The notes under the pieces: model-generated | The model's database searches: none | What the model saw: the letters and a program-made list of their open reading frames with translations, nothing else | What the model was told of the DNA's origin: nothing | Part shown: one piece after another, positions 9,043 through 18,297 of the stretch | Layout: each line of letters begins with the position of its first letter | Numbering within the stretch: the first letter of the stretch is position 1 | Origin: Planctomycetota bacterium | GTDB taxonomy: Bacteria; Planctomycetota; B15-G4; SIAN01 | NCBI GenBank assembly: GCA_031409275.1 | Contig: JANNXA010000004.1 | Location: 1-46,660, forward strand | DNA length: 46,660 bases | Direction: 5' to 3' | Program-made: the position numbers and the translations under genes

Positions 9043-10968
9043 TTGCTCACCAATCCTGAGAGTCGCAGTTGGAGCAGCGAGCAAAGCGATCAGCTCTACT
9101 CGCTGTCCGCCTGGGGCCGCGGCTACTTCCGCATCAACGAGGCGGGCAACATCGAGGTCCATCCTCGGCCCGAGAAGAGCAAAGGCTCGATCGACCTGAA
9201 GCAGCTGATCGACGACCTGCGCCGCCGCGGGATCCCGCTGCCGGTGACGGTCCACTTCGACGGCATCCTCGAGGATCGTGTCGAACACATCTTCGGCTGC
9301 TTCAAGCGCTCGATCGGCGAGTACGGCTTCAAGGGACGCTACCGCGGCGTCTATCCGATCAAGGTCAACCAGCACCGCCAGGTGGTCGACGTGCTGCTGC
9401 GCACCGGCCGTCCGCACGGGCTCGGGCTCGAGGTTGGCAGCAAGCCGGAGCTGCTTGCCGTGCTTGCGTTGATGGACAACCCGGACGCGCTGCTGGTGTG
9501 CAACGGCTACAAGGACCGCGTCTTCCTCGAGACGGCACTGCTCGCGACGCGCCTCGGCCATCAGCCGATCATCGTCATCGAGCGCTTCACCGAACTCGTC
9601 GAGCTGATCCAGATCGCGCGCGACCTCAACATCAAGCCGGTCGTCGGCCTGCGCGCCAAGCTGATGTCGAAGGGCTCGGGCAAGTGGGAGAGCTCCGGCG
9701 GCGAGCGCAGCAAGTTCGGCCTCACCGCGACCGAGATCACGGAAGCGGTCGAGCTGATGCGCCGTGAAGGCTGCCTCGATTCGCTGCAGCTGCTCCATTT
9801 CCACCTCGGCAGCCAGATCACCGCCATCGCCAACCTGAAGACCGCGCTGCGCGAAGGAGCGCGCCTCTACGTCGAGCTCTGCAAGCTCGGCGCGAACATG
9901 CAGTTCCTCGACGTCGGCGGCGGCCTCGGCGTCGATTACGACGGATCGCGCACCAACTTCGTGGTGAGCAAGGACTACTCCGATCAGGAGTACGCCAACG
10001 ACGTCGTGTGGATCGTCCAGGAGATCTGCGACGGCGCCGGAGTCCGCCATCCCGACCTCATCTCCGAGTCGGGACGCGCCCTCGTCGCGCACCACTCCGT
10101 GCTGATCGTCGACGTCATGGGCGCCAACGTCATGAGCGATCGGCCGCCGCCGGCCCCTCCGGCCGCTGACGTCCACCCGGTGCTGAAGAACCTCTGGGAA
10201 GCGTTCCAGAGCATCAACGGGCGCAACTTCCGCGAGACGTTCCACGACGTCGCCTCCACCAAGGACGAGATCCACACGCTCTTCATGCACGGGATCCTCG
10301 GACTGAAGGATCGCGCGTACGCCGAAGAGCTCGACATCGCGACCCGCAGCAAGGTGCTGAAGCTGGTGCGCAAGCTCGACGAGATGCCCGAGGAGCTCGA
10401 GCACCTCGAGCGCGACCTCGCCGACACCTACTTCTGCAACTTCTCGATCTTCCAGTCGCTGCCCGACACCTGGGCGATCAAGCACCTCTTCCCGACGCTG
10501 CCGATCAGCGGCCACAAGAACCGCCCGTCGCGCCACGCCGTGCTGGCCGACATCACCTGTGACTCGGACGGAAAGGTCGACCGCTTCATCGACTTGAAGG
10601 ACGTGAAGGAGACGCTGCTCCTCCACCCGGTCGAGTCCTCGACCGGCCCGTACGAACTCGGGTTCTTCCTGGTGGGCGCCTATCAGGAGATCCTCGGCGA
10701 TCCGCACAACCTCTTCGGCGACACCTCGGCGGTCCACGTCGACGTCGCCGAGGATGGGACCTACGACATTCGCCACCTCGTCGAGGGCGATCGCGTCAGC
10801 GAGGTGCTGGCGTTCGTCGAGTACAGCAAGCGCGATCTCATGGAGCGTGTGCGGCGCGCGGCGGAGGCGGCGCTGAAGAATGGCCGCATCACGTTCGAGG
10901 AGTCGGGACGACTGCTCAAGCGGTACGAAGAAGGGATGGAGTCCTACACCTACCTTTCGCGAAGCTGA
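9043..10968 (+). CDS. speA: Biosynthetic arginine decarboxylase
   Basis: Motifs YPIKVNQ (PLP lysine), LEVGSKPEL, CNGYKD, HFHLGSQI, DVGGGLGVDYDG, ESGRA, TCDSDG and GAYQEILG. Probable TTG start at 9043 after GGAGG. Confidence 0.95.
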   Translation: MLTNPESRSWSSEQSDQLYSLSAWGRGYFRINEAGNIEVHPRPEKSKGSIDLKQLIDDLRRRGIPLPVTVHFDGILEDRVEHIFGCFKRSIGEYGFKGRYRGVYPIKVNQHRQVVDVLLRTGRPHGLGLEVGSKPELLAVLALMDNPDALLVCNGYKDRVFLETALLATRLGHQPIIVIERFTELVELIQIARDLNIKPVVGLRAKLMSKGSGKWESSGGERSKFGLTATEITEAVELMRREGCLDSLQLLHFHLGSQITAIANLKTALREGARLYVELCKLGANMQFLDVGGGLGVDYDGSRTNFVVSKDYSDQEYANDVVWIVQEICDGAGVRHPDLISESGRALVAHHSVLIVDVMGANVMSDRPPPAPPAADVHPVLKNLWEAFQSINGRNFRETFHDVASTKDEIHTLFMHGILGLKDRAYAEELDIATRSKVLKLVRKLDEMPEELEHLERDLADTYFCNFSIFQSLPDTWAIKHLFPTLPISGHKNRPSRHAVLADITCDSDGKVDRFIDLKDVKETLLLHPVESSTGPYELGFFLVGAYQEILGDPHNLFGDTSAVHVDVAEDGTYDIRHLVEGDRVSEVLAFVEYSKRDLMERVRRAAEAALKNGRITFEESGRLLKRYEEGMESYTYLSRS

Positions 10969-11136
10969 CGAGCGAAGTTCGCAGCTCGCCTGGCCGGCGC
11001 AGCCACCCTTCGTCGCGCGGCGAGGGGGTCGGGCAGGGTCGCAAACGGCGCGCTAAACTCCCGGGCCCGATTCCGGCCCCGACGCCGCCCATCCGGGCAC
11101 GCGGCGGGGTCTTCCGTTTTTGGCTAGAGCCGACTC

Positions 11137-13134
11137 ATGGGCGCTGCGAAGACCTTCTCCCTGACCCCAGGCAAGCGAGTCCTCTTCCTCACGAAGGACC
11201 CGGAACTGCTGCGCCGCCAGCTCGCCGGCGAGCTTGACCTCACCATGGACCAGGTGTCGGTTGAAGCGCTGCTCGACGACATCAACACCGATGCGATGAC
11301 CCCGGCCTGGGTCTGCTTCGACCACGACCCCGCCGAGATCGCCAAGAACGCATACGCGGGCCTGATGCTCGGCGGCAAGCGGCTCTTCGCGCAGGAGGCG
11401 CTGAAGCGCGGCAACTTCGAGGTGATCGTCAGCGGCTTCCGCAAGGGCACCGGCTCGTCGCGCGAGACGGCCGTGCAGGCCGAGAAGTGGTCCGGGATCC
11501 GCCTCGCCATCGCCGCCTCCTTCGCGCCGATCCACGCGCGCAACAACATCAACCAGGGCGTCCTGATGGGCGACCATGCGATCCTGCGCCGGCTGCAGAA
11601 GGGCGAGGCGATCGCGCTCGAGGAGTTCACGCGCGGCAAGGATCCGATCACCAAGCTGCTGATCGAGCACGGCGGACTGTTCAAGTTCTCCGCGGCGATG
11701 AAGCGCGGCGAAGTGAAGCTGCCGTTGCCGGCGACTCCCCGCCGGCCGATGAACATGGCAGAGAAGATCATCGCGCGTCACGCCGTCGGCGGCGGCCCGA
11801 CGCTGGCAGTTCAGCCGGGCGACGCCCTGCTGATCAAGGTCGACGCGGGCTACTCGCACGAGTTCACCACCGCCCAGGTGCACGAGTTCCTGAAAGAGGA
11901 GTTCGGCGCGGGCTACCAGGTCGCGAACCCGGCCAAATTCGCCGTCTTCGAAGATCACCTGATCTACGCCGACGGGGTCGCCGCGATGGCGCCTTACTCG
12001 GCGAAGATCGAGACGCTGCGGGTGCTGCAGCGCGACTTCCAGAAGCACACCAAGGTCCTCGACTTCTCGGCGAAGGCTGGCGTCTCGCCCGGCATCTGCC
12101 ACCAGATCGCGCGCGAGAAGATCATCGGCCCGGGCGAGATCGTGAACGCGACCGACAGCCACACCTGCATGGGTGGCGCCAGCAATGCGCTGGCATGGGG
12201 CTGCGGCGCGACCGAGTACGCCGCGCTCGTCCACGCCGGATTCACCTTCGTGCGCGTCCCCGAGTCGATCCGGTTCGAGCTCTCCGGCCAGCTCGCTCCC
12301 GGCGTCACCGCGAAGGACCTGATCCTCTTCCTGCTGTGGAAGTACGCCCGCGAGCAGCAGACGCTCGACCGCGTGATGGAGTTCGGCGGACCGGGGCTGA
12401 CCTCGCTCTCCGTCGATGAGCGAGCGACGCTGACCAACATGGCCACCGAGTGCTCGGCATTCACCGGCATCGCCGAGTGCGACGCGAAGACCGTCGACTG
12501 GATCGCCGCACGCCGGCCGGGCGTCGATCGCGCACAGCTCGCACGCGACGCGGTCCTCCCCGATCCGGGCGCGACCTACGCCGGCGGGGTGCACGCCATC
12601 GACCTCGCATCGATCCGCCCGATGGTCGCCAATCCCGGCGACCCCGACCGCGGCGTCCCTTCCGATCCGACCAACGGCGAGTTCATCGACGAACTGCGCG
12701 CGACGCCGATCCAGATCGCCTACGGCGGCAGCTGCACCGCCGGGAAGGACGACGACATGGACTTCTATGCCGCCGTCTGCCGCGAGGCCGACGCGTCTGG
12801 ACGCAAGGTCGCCAAAGGAGTCGAGTTCTTCCTGCAATTCGGTTCGGCCGACGTGCAGGAGACGGCGCGCAAGAAGGGGTACCTCGACCTCTTCTCGCGA
12901 GTCGGCGTGAAGGTGATCCAACCTGGCTGCGGCGCGTGCATCGGCTGCGGCCCCGGCGTCTCCGTGAACGGCGAGCAGGTGACCGTCAGCGCCATCAACC
13001 GCAACTTCAAGGGGCGCAGCGGCCCGGGCCGGCTCTACCTCGCATCGCCGCTGACCGTGGCGGCCTCCGCGTTTGCTGGCCGCATCGTCTCCTTCAGGCC
13101 CGGCATGTTCCGCGAGCCGGTCACCGCCCGCTGA
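11137..13134 (+). CDS. Aconitase-family hydratase with swivel (LeuD-like) domain fused N-terminally to the LeuC-like large domain
   Basis: N-terminal DINTD, GTGSSRE and SFAPIHARN, then DSHT, GSCT, GCGACIG (three Fe-S Cys), NRNFKGR and LASP. Confidence 0.85.
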   Translation: MGAAKTFSLTPGKRVLFLTKDPELLRRQLAGELDLTMDQVSVEALLDDINTDAMTPAWVCFDHDPAEIAKNAYAGLMLGGKRLFAQEALKRGNFEVIVSGFRKGTGSSRETAVQAEKWSGIRLAIAASFAPIHARNNINQGVLMGDHAILRRLQKGEAIALEEFTRGKDPITKLLIEHGGLFKFSAAMKRGEVKLPLPATPRRPMNMAEKIIARHAVGGGPTLAVQPGDALLIKVDAGYSHEFTTAQVHEFLKEEFGAGYQVANPAKFAVFEDHLIYADGVAAMAPYSAKIETLRVLQRDFQKHTKVLDFSAKAGVSPGICHQIAREKIIGPGEIVNATDSHTCMGGASNALAWGCGATEYAALVHAGFTFVRVPESIRFELSGQLAPGVTAKDLILFLLWKYAREQQTLDRVMEFGGPGLTSLSVDERATLTNMATECSAFTGIAECDAKTVDWIAARRPGVDRAQLARDAVLPDPGATYAGGVHAIDLASIRPMVANPGDPDRGVPSDPTNGEFIDELRATPIQIAYGGSCTAGKDDDMDFYAAVCREADASGRKVAKGVEFFLQFGSADVQETARKKGYLDLFSRVGVKVIQPGCGACIGCGPGVSVNGEQVTVSAINRNFKGRSGPGRLYLASPLTVAASAFAGRIVSFRPGMFREPVTAR

Positions 13135-13170
13135 CCGCGCAGGCGCCGCCCGACACCGTTTCCACCTGAG

Positions 13171-13427
13171 CACTGCGACGCGCGCCTCGACGAAGCAGAT
13201 GCACCCTCGCCGCCTTGCGAACCGGGCGCCGAGGTTGCCGATGCGAGGAGGTGCGTCCCGAAGCTGTGTCCAAAAAGACACTGCGATGGGCGCCGCGACG
13301 AAGCAGATGCACCCTCGCCACCTTGCGAACCGGGCGCCGAGGTTGCAGTTGCGAGGAGGTGCGTCCCGAAGCTGTGTCCGAAAGGACACTGCGATGGGCG
13401 CACCGACGAAGCAGATGCACCCTCGCC
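13171..13427. repeat. Tandem 108-bp structured intergenic repeat (about 2.4 copies)
   Basis: CACTGCGA at 13171/13279/13387 and CGACGAAGCAGATGCACCCTCGCC at 13188/13296/13404. Internal inverted repeats are present. Confidence 0.93.
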
Positions 13428-13440
13428 GACCGGTTCCCGC

Positions 13441-14388
13441 TTAGCGGAGCTGGCCTTCGACGAAGGGCACCTCATGCACCTTGGGATGCATGATCGGCCC
13501 ATGGCCGAAGTAGCCCTCTTCGCCGAACAGCTCGCCGTGGTCGGCGGTGATCGTGATGTAGGTGTTCTTCGGGCAGATGTCGAAGAGCTTTTCCATGACG
13601 GTGTCGACGTACTTCACCGTGTTGATCTGGCGTTGCCGCAGCTCATCCATCTCGCTCTGCACGAAGAAGCTGTCGTTCTGGTGAACGAGCCGTCCTTCGA
13701 CGACCTCCTTGTCGAGCCCCTTCAAGACGCCGTTGATGCCGCTGATCCGCGGGAACTTGTTCGAGTCCTCGGTCGGCAGCGCGAACGGGTAATGCGTCTC
13801 GCCCACGTTCAGCAAGTAGAAGCTCGGCCGCTCCTCGCTGAACTTCAAGGTCGGCAGCATCGCCGCCATGTCGTTGTGCTTGTCCATCAGCTGGAACGAG
13901 TCGAAGTCGCGATTGATGCAGGTCGTCGGATTGAGGACCGGCAGCGACACGCGCGCGTGAGTGAAGTAGCCGAGCTCCTTGCGCAGGAACGTCGGCATGT
14001 AGAGCGACGGCACCAGCTTGCCGAACTCCATGCCGTCGGTGCCGTAGCGACGGTTGTAGTTGAGGAAGTCGTGCTTGTAGTACTCGGAGGCGAAGACGTT
14101 CGGCGGCGACGTATGCGGCAGGAGCCCCATCAGCAGGTTGTAGTGCGACGGCGCGGTCCAGCTCGCGTAGCTGTAACGCTTCTCCACCGGCCCGAGCTTC
14201 ATCATCGCCTTCGGCTGGGCCGCCATGAACGAGTCCCAGCGGCACGAATCGAGCGTGATGACGATGTAGTTGTTCTTGCCCTTCGGTTCCGGACGGACCA
14301 GCGTTCCGGCCTTCGGCGGCAGCGCCTTCGGCGGCAGCGCTTTCTTGGGTTCGTCCTTCTTGCCGAAAAGTCCGTCGAAGATTCCCAT
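13441..14388 (-). CDS. Sulfatase/alkaline phosphatase superfamily metalloenzyme
   Basis: Motifs ITLDSCR, ASWTAPSH, ETHYP, ITADHGELFGE..GHG and HEVPF. ATG at 14388. Confidence 0.8.
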   Translation of the reverse strand: MGIFDGLFGKKDEPKKALPPKALPPKAGTLVRPEPKGKNNYIVITLDSCRWDSFMAAQPKAMMKLGPVEKRYSYASWTAPSHYNLLMGLLPHTSPPNVFASEYYKHDFLNYNRRYGTDGMEFGKLVPSLYMPTFLRKELGYFTHARVSLPVLNPTTCINRDFDSFQLMDKHNDMAAMLPTLKFSEERPSFYLLNVGETHYPFALPTEDSNKFPRISGINGVLKGLDKEVVEGRLVHQNDSFFVQSEMDELRQRQINTVKYVDTVMEKLFDICPKNTYITITADHGELFGEEGYFGHGPIMHPKVHEVPFVEGQLR

Positions 14389-14461
14389 GTCGTCGTCTCT
14401 CGTCCCTAGCGTGGCGTAGAAACCGAATCGCGCGCCGAAGTAGCCGGCCCTGCGGGTCGCG

Positions 14462-15232
14462 TCAAGGAACCGTTGGGACGCTCGCGCCGGCTGGCCCATC
14501 GCTACCACCGGCACGCACGCGCGGCGCCGGTGGTGGAAGACTATTCCCGCCGTCCGCGCGCCAGGCACCGAGCGTCGCCAGAAAGGCCTCGGTGCGGACG
14601 CACAACGCCCGCTCGATGCGCGCCGCCGGATCGAGCTCGCGACGCAGCAGTTCCAGGTCGTCGCCCGTGTCGACGTCGAGCCAGGTCGGCAGCCGATGCG
14701 CTCGCATCTTGGCGGCTGCGGCTCGGCGCAGCGTCTCGTCCAGCACGGAGGTCGTGCTCATGGCGAAGCCGCGGAACAACTCCGGATGCGGCGAGCGCAT
14801 GCCGACGAGGTAGTAGCCGCCCCCGCGATCCGGCCCGAGCACCAGGTCCGCCCCGCGCTCGAGCGCGTCGAGCGCCTCGCCGATGACGGCCGCGGGCAGC
14901 GTCGGGCTGTCGCTGTTGCGCATGGCGACGGCGCCGTAACCCTCCGCGAAGAGCTCAGCGAACGCGGCGATCATTCGCTCGGAAAGCGTCGGCCCCACCT
15001 GCGATCGCACGACGTATCGCCCCTCGGCGATCTCGGCGAGCCGCGGCAGCGAATCGGGCGGCCACGCGTAGATGAATCGGTCCGCGCGAGCGGTGGCCGT
15101 CGTATCGAGCACGTCCTGCAGGAACGCTCGGTAGAGGCCTGCCGCCGCCGCCGCCCCCAGAGTGGGAATCAACCGCGTCTTCGCGAGGCCCGGGCGGGGA
15201 TCCTTCGCCATGACGATCAGCGCCCGCCGCAT
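14462..15232 (-). CDS. DUF2064 / TIGR04282-type glycosyltransferase (CofC-like fold)
   Basis: Motifs MAKDPRPGLAKTRL, Q.G..LSERM, SDSPTL, LGPDRGGGYYLVG and LDVDT. Confidence 0.85.
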   Translation of the reverse strand: MRRALIVMAKDPRPGLAKTRLIPTLGAAAAAGLYRAFLQDVLDTTATARADRFIYAWPPDSLPRLAEIAEGRYVVRSQVGPTLSERMIAAFAELFAEGYGAVAMRNSDSPTLPAAVIGEALDALERGADLVLGPDRGGGYYLVGMRSPHPELFRGFAMSTTSVLDETLRRAAAAKMRAHRLPTWLDVDTGDDLELLRRELDPAARIERALCVRTEAFLATLGAWRADGGNSLPPPAPRVRAGGSDGPAGASVPTVP

Positions 15233-15310
15233 CACCCTCTCCCCGGAGAAGCCGGGGAGCGTATCGCGCGCGGCACGCTTTGCGCGACGCCGACTGAAGC
15301 TAGAGTCTTG

Positions 15311-15327
15311 TTGAGACCGAGTCTTAA
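15311..15327 (+). promoter_or_regulatory. Putative Fur-box-like operator upstream of feoA
   Basis: Imperfect palindrome TTGAGA-CCGAG-TCTTAA resembling TTGAGA-N5-TCTCAA, in an AT-richer patch 26 bp before the feoA start. Confidence 0.55.
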
Positions 15328-15353
15328 GATCAGGACCGAGGATCTGCGACCCC

Positions 15354-15581
15354 ATGAAGCTGCTCCCGCTACCCGCCGTTGACCGCGATGAAGAGGCGAC
15401 CATCGAGTGCCTCGCCGCCGCCGGTCCGTTGCGCGCGCGTTTGCAGGAGCTCGGCCTGCTGCCTGGGGCGCGCATCCGCGTCGTCGCCGCGGGATCGCCG
15501 TGCATCCTCGTGGTCGGCGGCACGACCCGCCTGTGCCTGCGCGCCGACGAAGCCGAGTCGATCCTCGTCCAGGTCGGTTGA
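15354..15581 (+). CDS. feoA: Ferrous iron transport protein A
   Basis: RLQELGLLPGARIRV...TRLCLRADEAESILV. Confidence 0.85.
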   Translation: MKLLPLPAVDRDEEATIECLAAAGPLRARLQELGLLPGARIRVVAAGSPCILVVGGTTRLCLRADEAESILVQVG

Positions 15582-15594
15582 GCCGCCGCCCACG

Positions 15595-15822
15595 ATGACG
15601 ACGCTCGACCAGTTGCGGCCCGGAGCTCGTGGCCGCGTGGCCAAGGTGAATGCCGCCGGTCCGACCGCGCAACGCCTCGCCGAAATGGGATTGGTGGAAG
15701 GGACGCTGATCCGCCTGGTGCGGATCGCCCCGCTCGGCGACCCGCTCGAAATCGAGCTGCACGGCTACTTCCTGTCGCTGCGCAAGGCCGACGCCCGCGG
15801 CGTCGAACTCAGCGACGCCTGA
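15595..15822 (+). CDS. feoA: Ferrous iron transport protein A (second copy)
   Basis: RLAEMGLVEGT..RIAPLGDPLEIELHGYFLSLRKADA. ATG at 15595. Confidence 0.92.
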   Translation: MTTLDQLRPGARGRVAKVNAAGPTAQRLAEMGLVEGTLIRLVRIAPLGDPLEIELHGYFLSLRKADARGVELSDA

Positions 15823-15826
15823 CCGC

Positions 15827-18061
15827 ATGAACTCCCCCACTCCACCGTCGGTTGCGCGCGGCGCGTGGCGCATCGCGGTGCTCGGCAACCCCAACTCCGG
15901 CAAGAGCACGCTCTTCAACGCGTTGACCGGGCTGTCGCAGAAGGTGGGCAACTACCCCGGCGTCACCGTCGAGCGCAAAGCGGGAATCGCGGTCACCGCG
16001 GAGGGGCCGCTCGAGTTGATCGACCTGCCCGGCACCTACAGCCTCGCGGCCCACTCGCCGGACGAGATGGTCGCGGTCGATCTCCTGCTCGGGAACGTGA
16101 CAGGAGAGCGGCGACCCGACGCGATCCTCGCCGTCGTCGACGCGAGCAACCTGGAACGCAACCTCTACCTCGTCGCGCAGTTGATCGAGACCGGCCTGCC
16201 GGTCGTGATCGCGCTCAACATGATCGACGTCGCGCGCGCCCGCGGGATCCGAATCGACCTGGCCTTGCTCGCGACGCGAATCGGCACTCCGGTGGTCGCC
16301 ACGCGCGCTGACCGCGGCGAAGGACTCGCGGAGCTGCGAGCCGCGCTGGCGGAACGGGCGCGCGCTCCGCAGCCGGCACGTCCGCAGATCGTGTACGACG
16401 AGCCCGCGGCGTTTCGCGCCGGACTCGCCGCGCTCGAACGCGACGTCGCACCGGCATGGTCGAGCGCCATCGGGCGACCGCTGCATCGGGTCGAGTTGAT
16501 GCGCGCGCTGATCGACGTCGGCGGACACGCCGAGCGGCGCCTTCTTTCGGCGCTTCCCGCGACCGCGACGGCGCTCGCAGCGGCGCGCGCGCAGGAGGCT
16601 GGCGCAGTCCCTCTGTCGGCGCTCGAGGCGCAATCGCGCTACCGGTTCCTGCGTCAGCTGACCACCGGCTGCATCGAACGGCCGACGACACCACCCACGA
16701 ATTGGACCGACCGCCTCGATGCGGTGCTGACGCACCGACTCTTCGGCTCGCTCTTCTTCGCGGCGGCGATGGTGCTGCTTTTCCAGTCGATCTTCACCTG
16801 GGCAACTCCGGTGATGGATGCCGTCGAAGCGCTCTTCGCAGCGATCGGCGGGCAGCTCGCGCAACGCCTCCCGCCTGGCGCGCTGACGAGCCTGCTGATC
16901 GATGGCGTCATCGGCGGCGTCGGCGGCGTCGTGGTCTTCCTGCCGCAGATCTTGATGCTCTTCCTCTTCCTCGGAGTCCTCGAGGACTGCGGCTACATGG
17001 CTCGCGCAGCGTTCCTCATGGATCGCCTGATGACGCGCGTGGGGCTGTCGGGGAAGTCGTTCATCCCGATGCTCTCGGGATTCGCGTGCGCGGTGCCGGC
17101 CGTGATGGCGGCGCGCGTGATCGAGGATCGCCGCGACCGACTCGCCACCATCCTCGTCACGCCGTTGATGACCTGCTCGGCGCGACTGCCCGTCTACGCC
17201 ATCCTGATCGCCGGCTTCATTCCGCCCCATCGGGTGCTCGGCAACTTCATCGGCCTGCCGGCCCTGACGCTGCTCGCGCTGTATGTCCTTGGCGTCGTCA
17301 CCGCGATGGCATGCGCGCTGCTGTTCAAGCGCACGCTGCTGCGCGGACCGCCGCCACCGTTCGTGCTCGAGCTCCCGTCGTACAAGTGGCCTTCGCCGCG
17401 CGCGCTCGCGCTGCGGCTGCTCGATCGAGCCAAGGCGTTCCTGACGCGCGCCGGCACCGTCATCCTGGCCATGAGCCTCGTCGTATGGGCGGCCGCGTGG
17501 TTCCCGCGTTCCGCGGAACTCGAGCAGCGCTTCGCCGCCGAGCGCGCACCGATGGAGGCTGCGCTTGCCGCGGCCGACGATTCGAGCCGCGCGCCGCTCG
17601 AACTCGGGCTGGCGCACATCGACGCCGCGCACGATGCGGCACAGCTCGAGCAGAGCGTGCTCGGGCGCCTCGGCCACGCGCTCGAGCCCGCGTTCGCGCC
17701 GCTCGGGTGGGACTGGCGCCTCACCGTGGCCGCGATCGCCTCCTTCCCAGCTCGCGAGATCATCGTCTCGACGCTCGGCACGGTCTTCAGCCTCGGCGGC
17801 GACGTCGACGAGGAGTCGAGCGACCTGAGGGCGCAGCTTCAGGCGGCCAAACGCAGCGACGGCACGCCGCTCTTCGACGTGGCCGTGGCGCTGTCGGTGA
17901 TGGTCTTCTTCGCGCTCTGCTGCCAATGCGGAGCGACGGTGGCCACGATCCGCCGAGAGACGCAATCGTGGGGATGGGCGTGGTTCACGTTCGGCTACAT
18001 GACGGTGCTGGCATGGATCGGCGCATTCGCGACCTTCCAGGTCGCTCGGTGGCTTGCGTGA
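15827..18061 (+). CDS. feoB: Ferrous iron transport protein B
   Basis: Motifs GNPNSGKS, NYPGVTVE, DLPG and NMID, with membrane domain GFACAVPA, TCSARLP and ELPSY. Confidence 0.96.
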   Translation: MNSPTPPSVARGAWRIAVLGNPNSGKSTLFNALTGLSQKVGNYPGVTVERKAGIAVTAEGPLELIDLPGTYSLAAHSPDEMVAVDLLLGNVTGERRPDAILAVVDASNLERNLYLVAQLIETGLPVVIALNMIDVARARGIRIDLALLATRIGTPVVATRADRGEGLAELRAALAERARAPQPARPQIVYDEPAAFRAGLAALERDVAPAWSSAIGRPLHRVELMRALIDVGGHAERRLLSALPATATALAAARAQEAGAVPLSALEAQSRYRFLRQLTTGCIERPTTPPTNWTDRLDAVLTHRLFGSLFFAAAMVLLFQSIFTWATPVMDAVEALFAAIGGQLAQRLPPGALTSLLIDGVIGGVGGVVVFLPQILMLFLFLGVLEDCGYMARAAFLMDRLMTRVGLSGKSFIPMLSGFACAVPAVMAARVIEDRRDRLATILVTPLMTCSARLPVYAILIAGFIPPHRVLGNFIGLPALTLLALYVLGVVTAMACALLFKRTLLRGPPPPFVLELPSYKWPSPRALALRLLDRAKAFLTRAGTVILAMSLVVWAAAWFPRSAELEQRFAAERAPMEAALAAADDSSRAPLELGLAHIDAAHDAAQLEQSVLGRLGHALEPAFAPLGWDWRLTVAAIASFPAREIIVSTLGTVFSLGGDVDEESSDLRAQLQAAKRSDGTPLFDVAVALSVMVFFALCCQCGATVATIRRETQSWGWAWFTFGYMTVLAWIGAFATFQVARWLA

Positions 18062-18071
18062 GGCGCCGATC

Positions 18072-18242
18072 ATGACGCTCGGCGAAGTGGCGGCGCTCGC
18101 GATCGCGGTCGCGGCACTCGCGTGGCTCGTGCATCACGCTCGGCGCGGACGCGACGGCGGCGACGGTCACAGCGGCGGTTGCGACCAATGCCCGACGCGC
18201 AAACCGGGAACGGACGCGCCGCCGGTCCACCCGATGAGGTGA
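18072..18242 (+). CDS. FeoB-associated small Cys-rich membrane protein
   Basis: One hydrophobic helix followed by GGCDQC, directly after feoB. Confidence 0.7.
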   Translation: MTLGEVAALAIAVAALAWLVHHARRGRDGGDGHSGGCDQCPTRKPGTDAPPVHPMR

Positions 18243-18297
18243 ACCGACGGCGCCGGGGTCATTCAGGCGCAGGTGGCGCCGCGAGCGTGCATCCCGT

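Noticed and set aside
13171..13427. CRISPR array (24-bp conserved block recurring three times)
   Set aside because: The intervening 84-bp segments are near-identical to each other rather than unique spacers, and no cas genes are present.
14309..14340. 15-bp tandem duplication (ALPPK x2) in the sulfatase-like gene
   Set aside because: In-frame low-complexity linker with no evidence of function.
8992..18073. Long antisense ORFs (8992-10776, 11053-13389, 15809-18073)
   Set aside because: Mirror frames of speA, the aconitase-like gene and feoB, expected from high-GC codon bias. They show no motifs.
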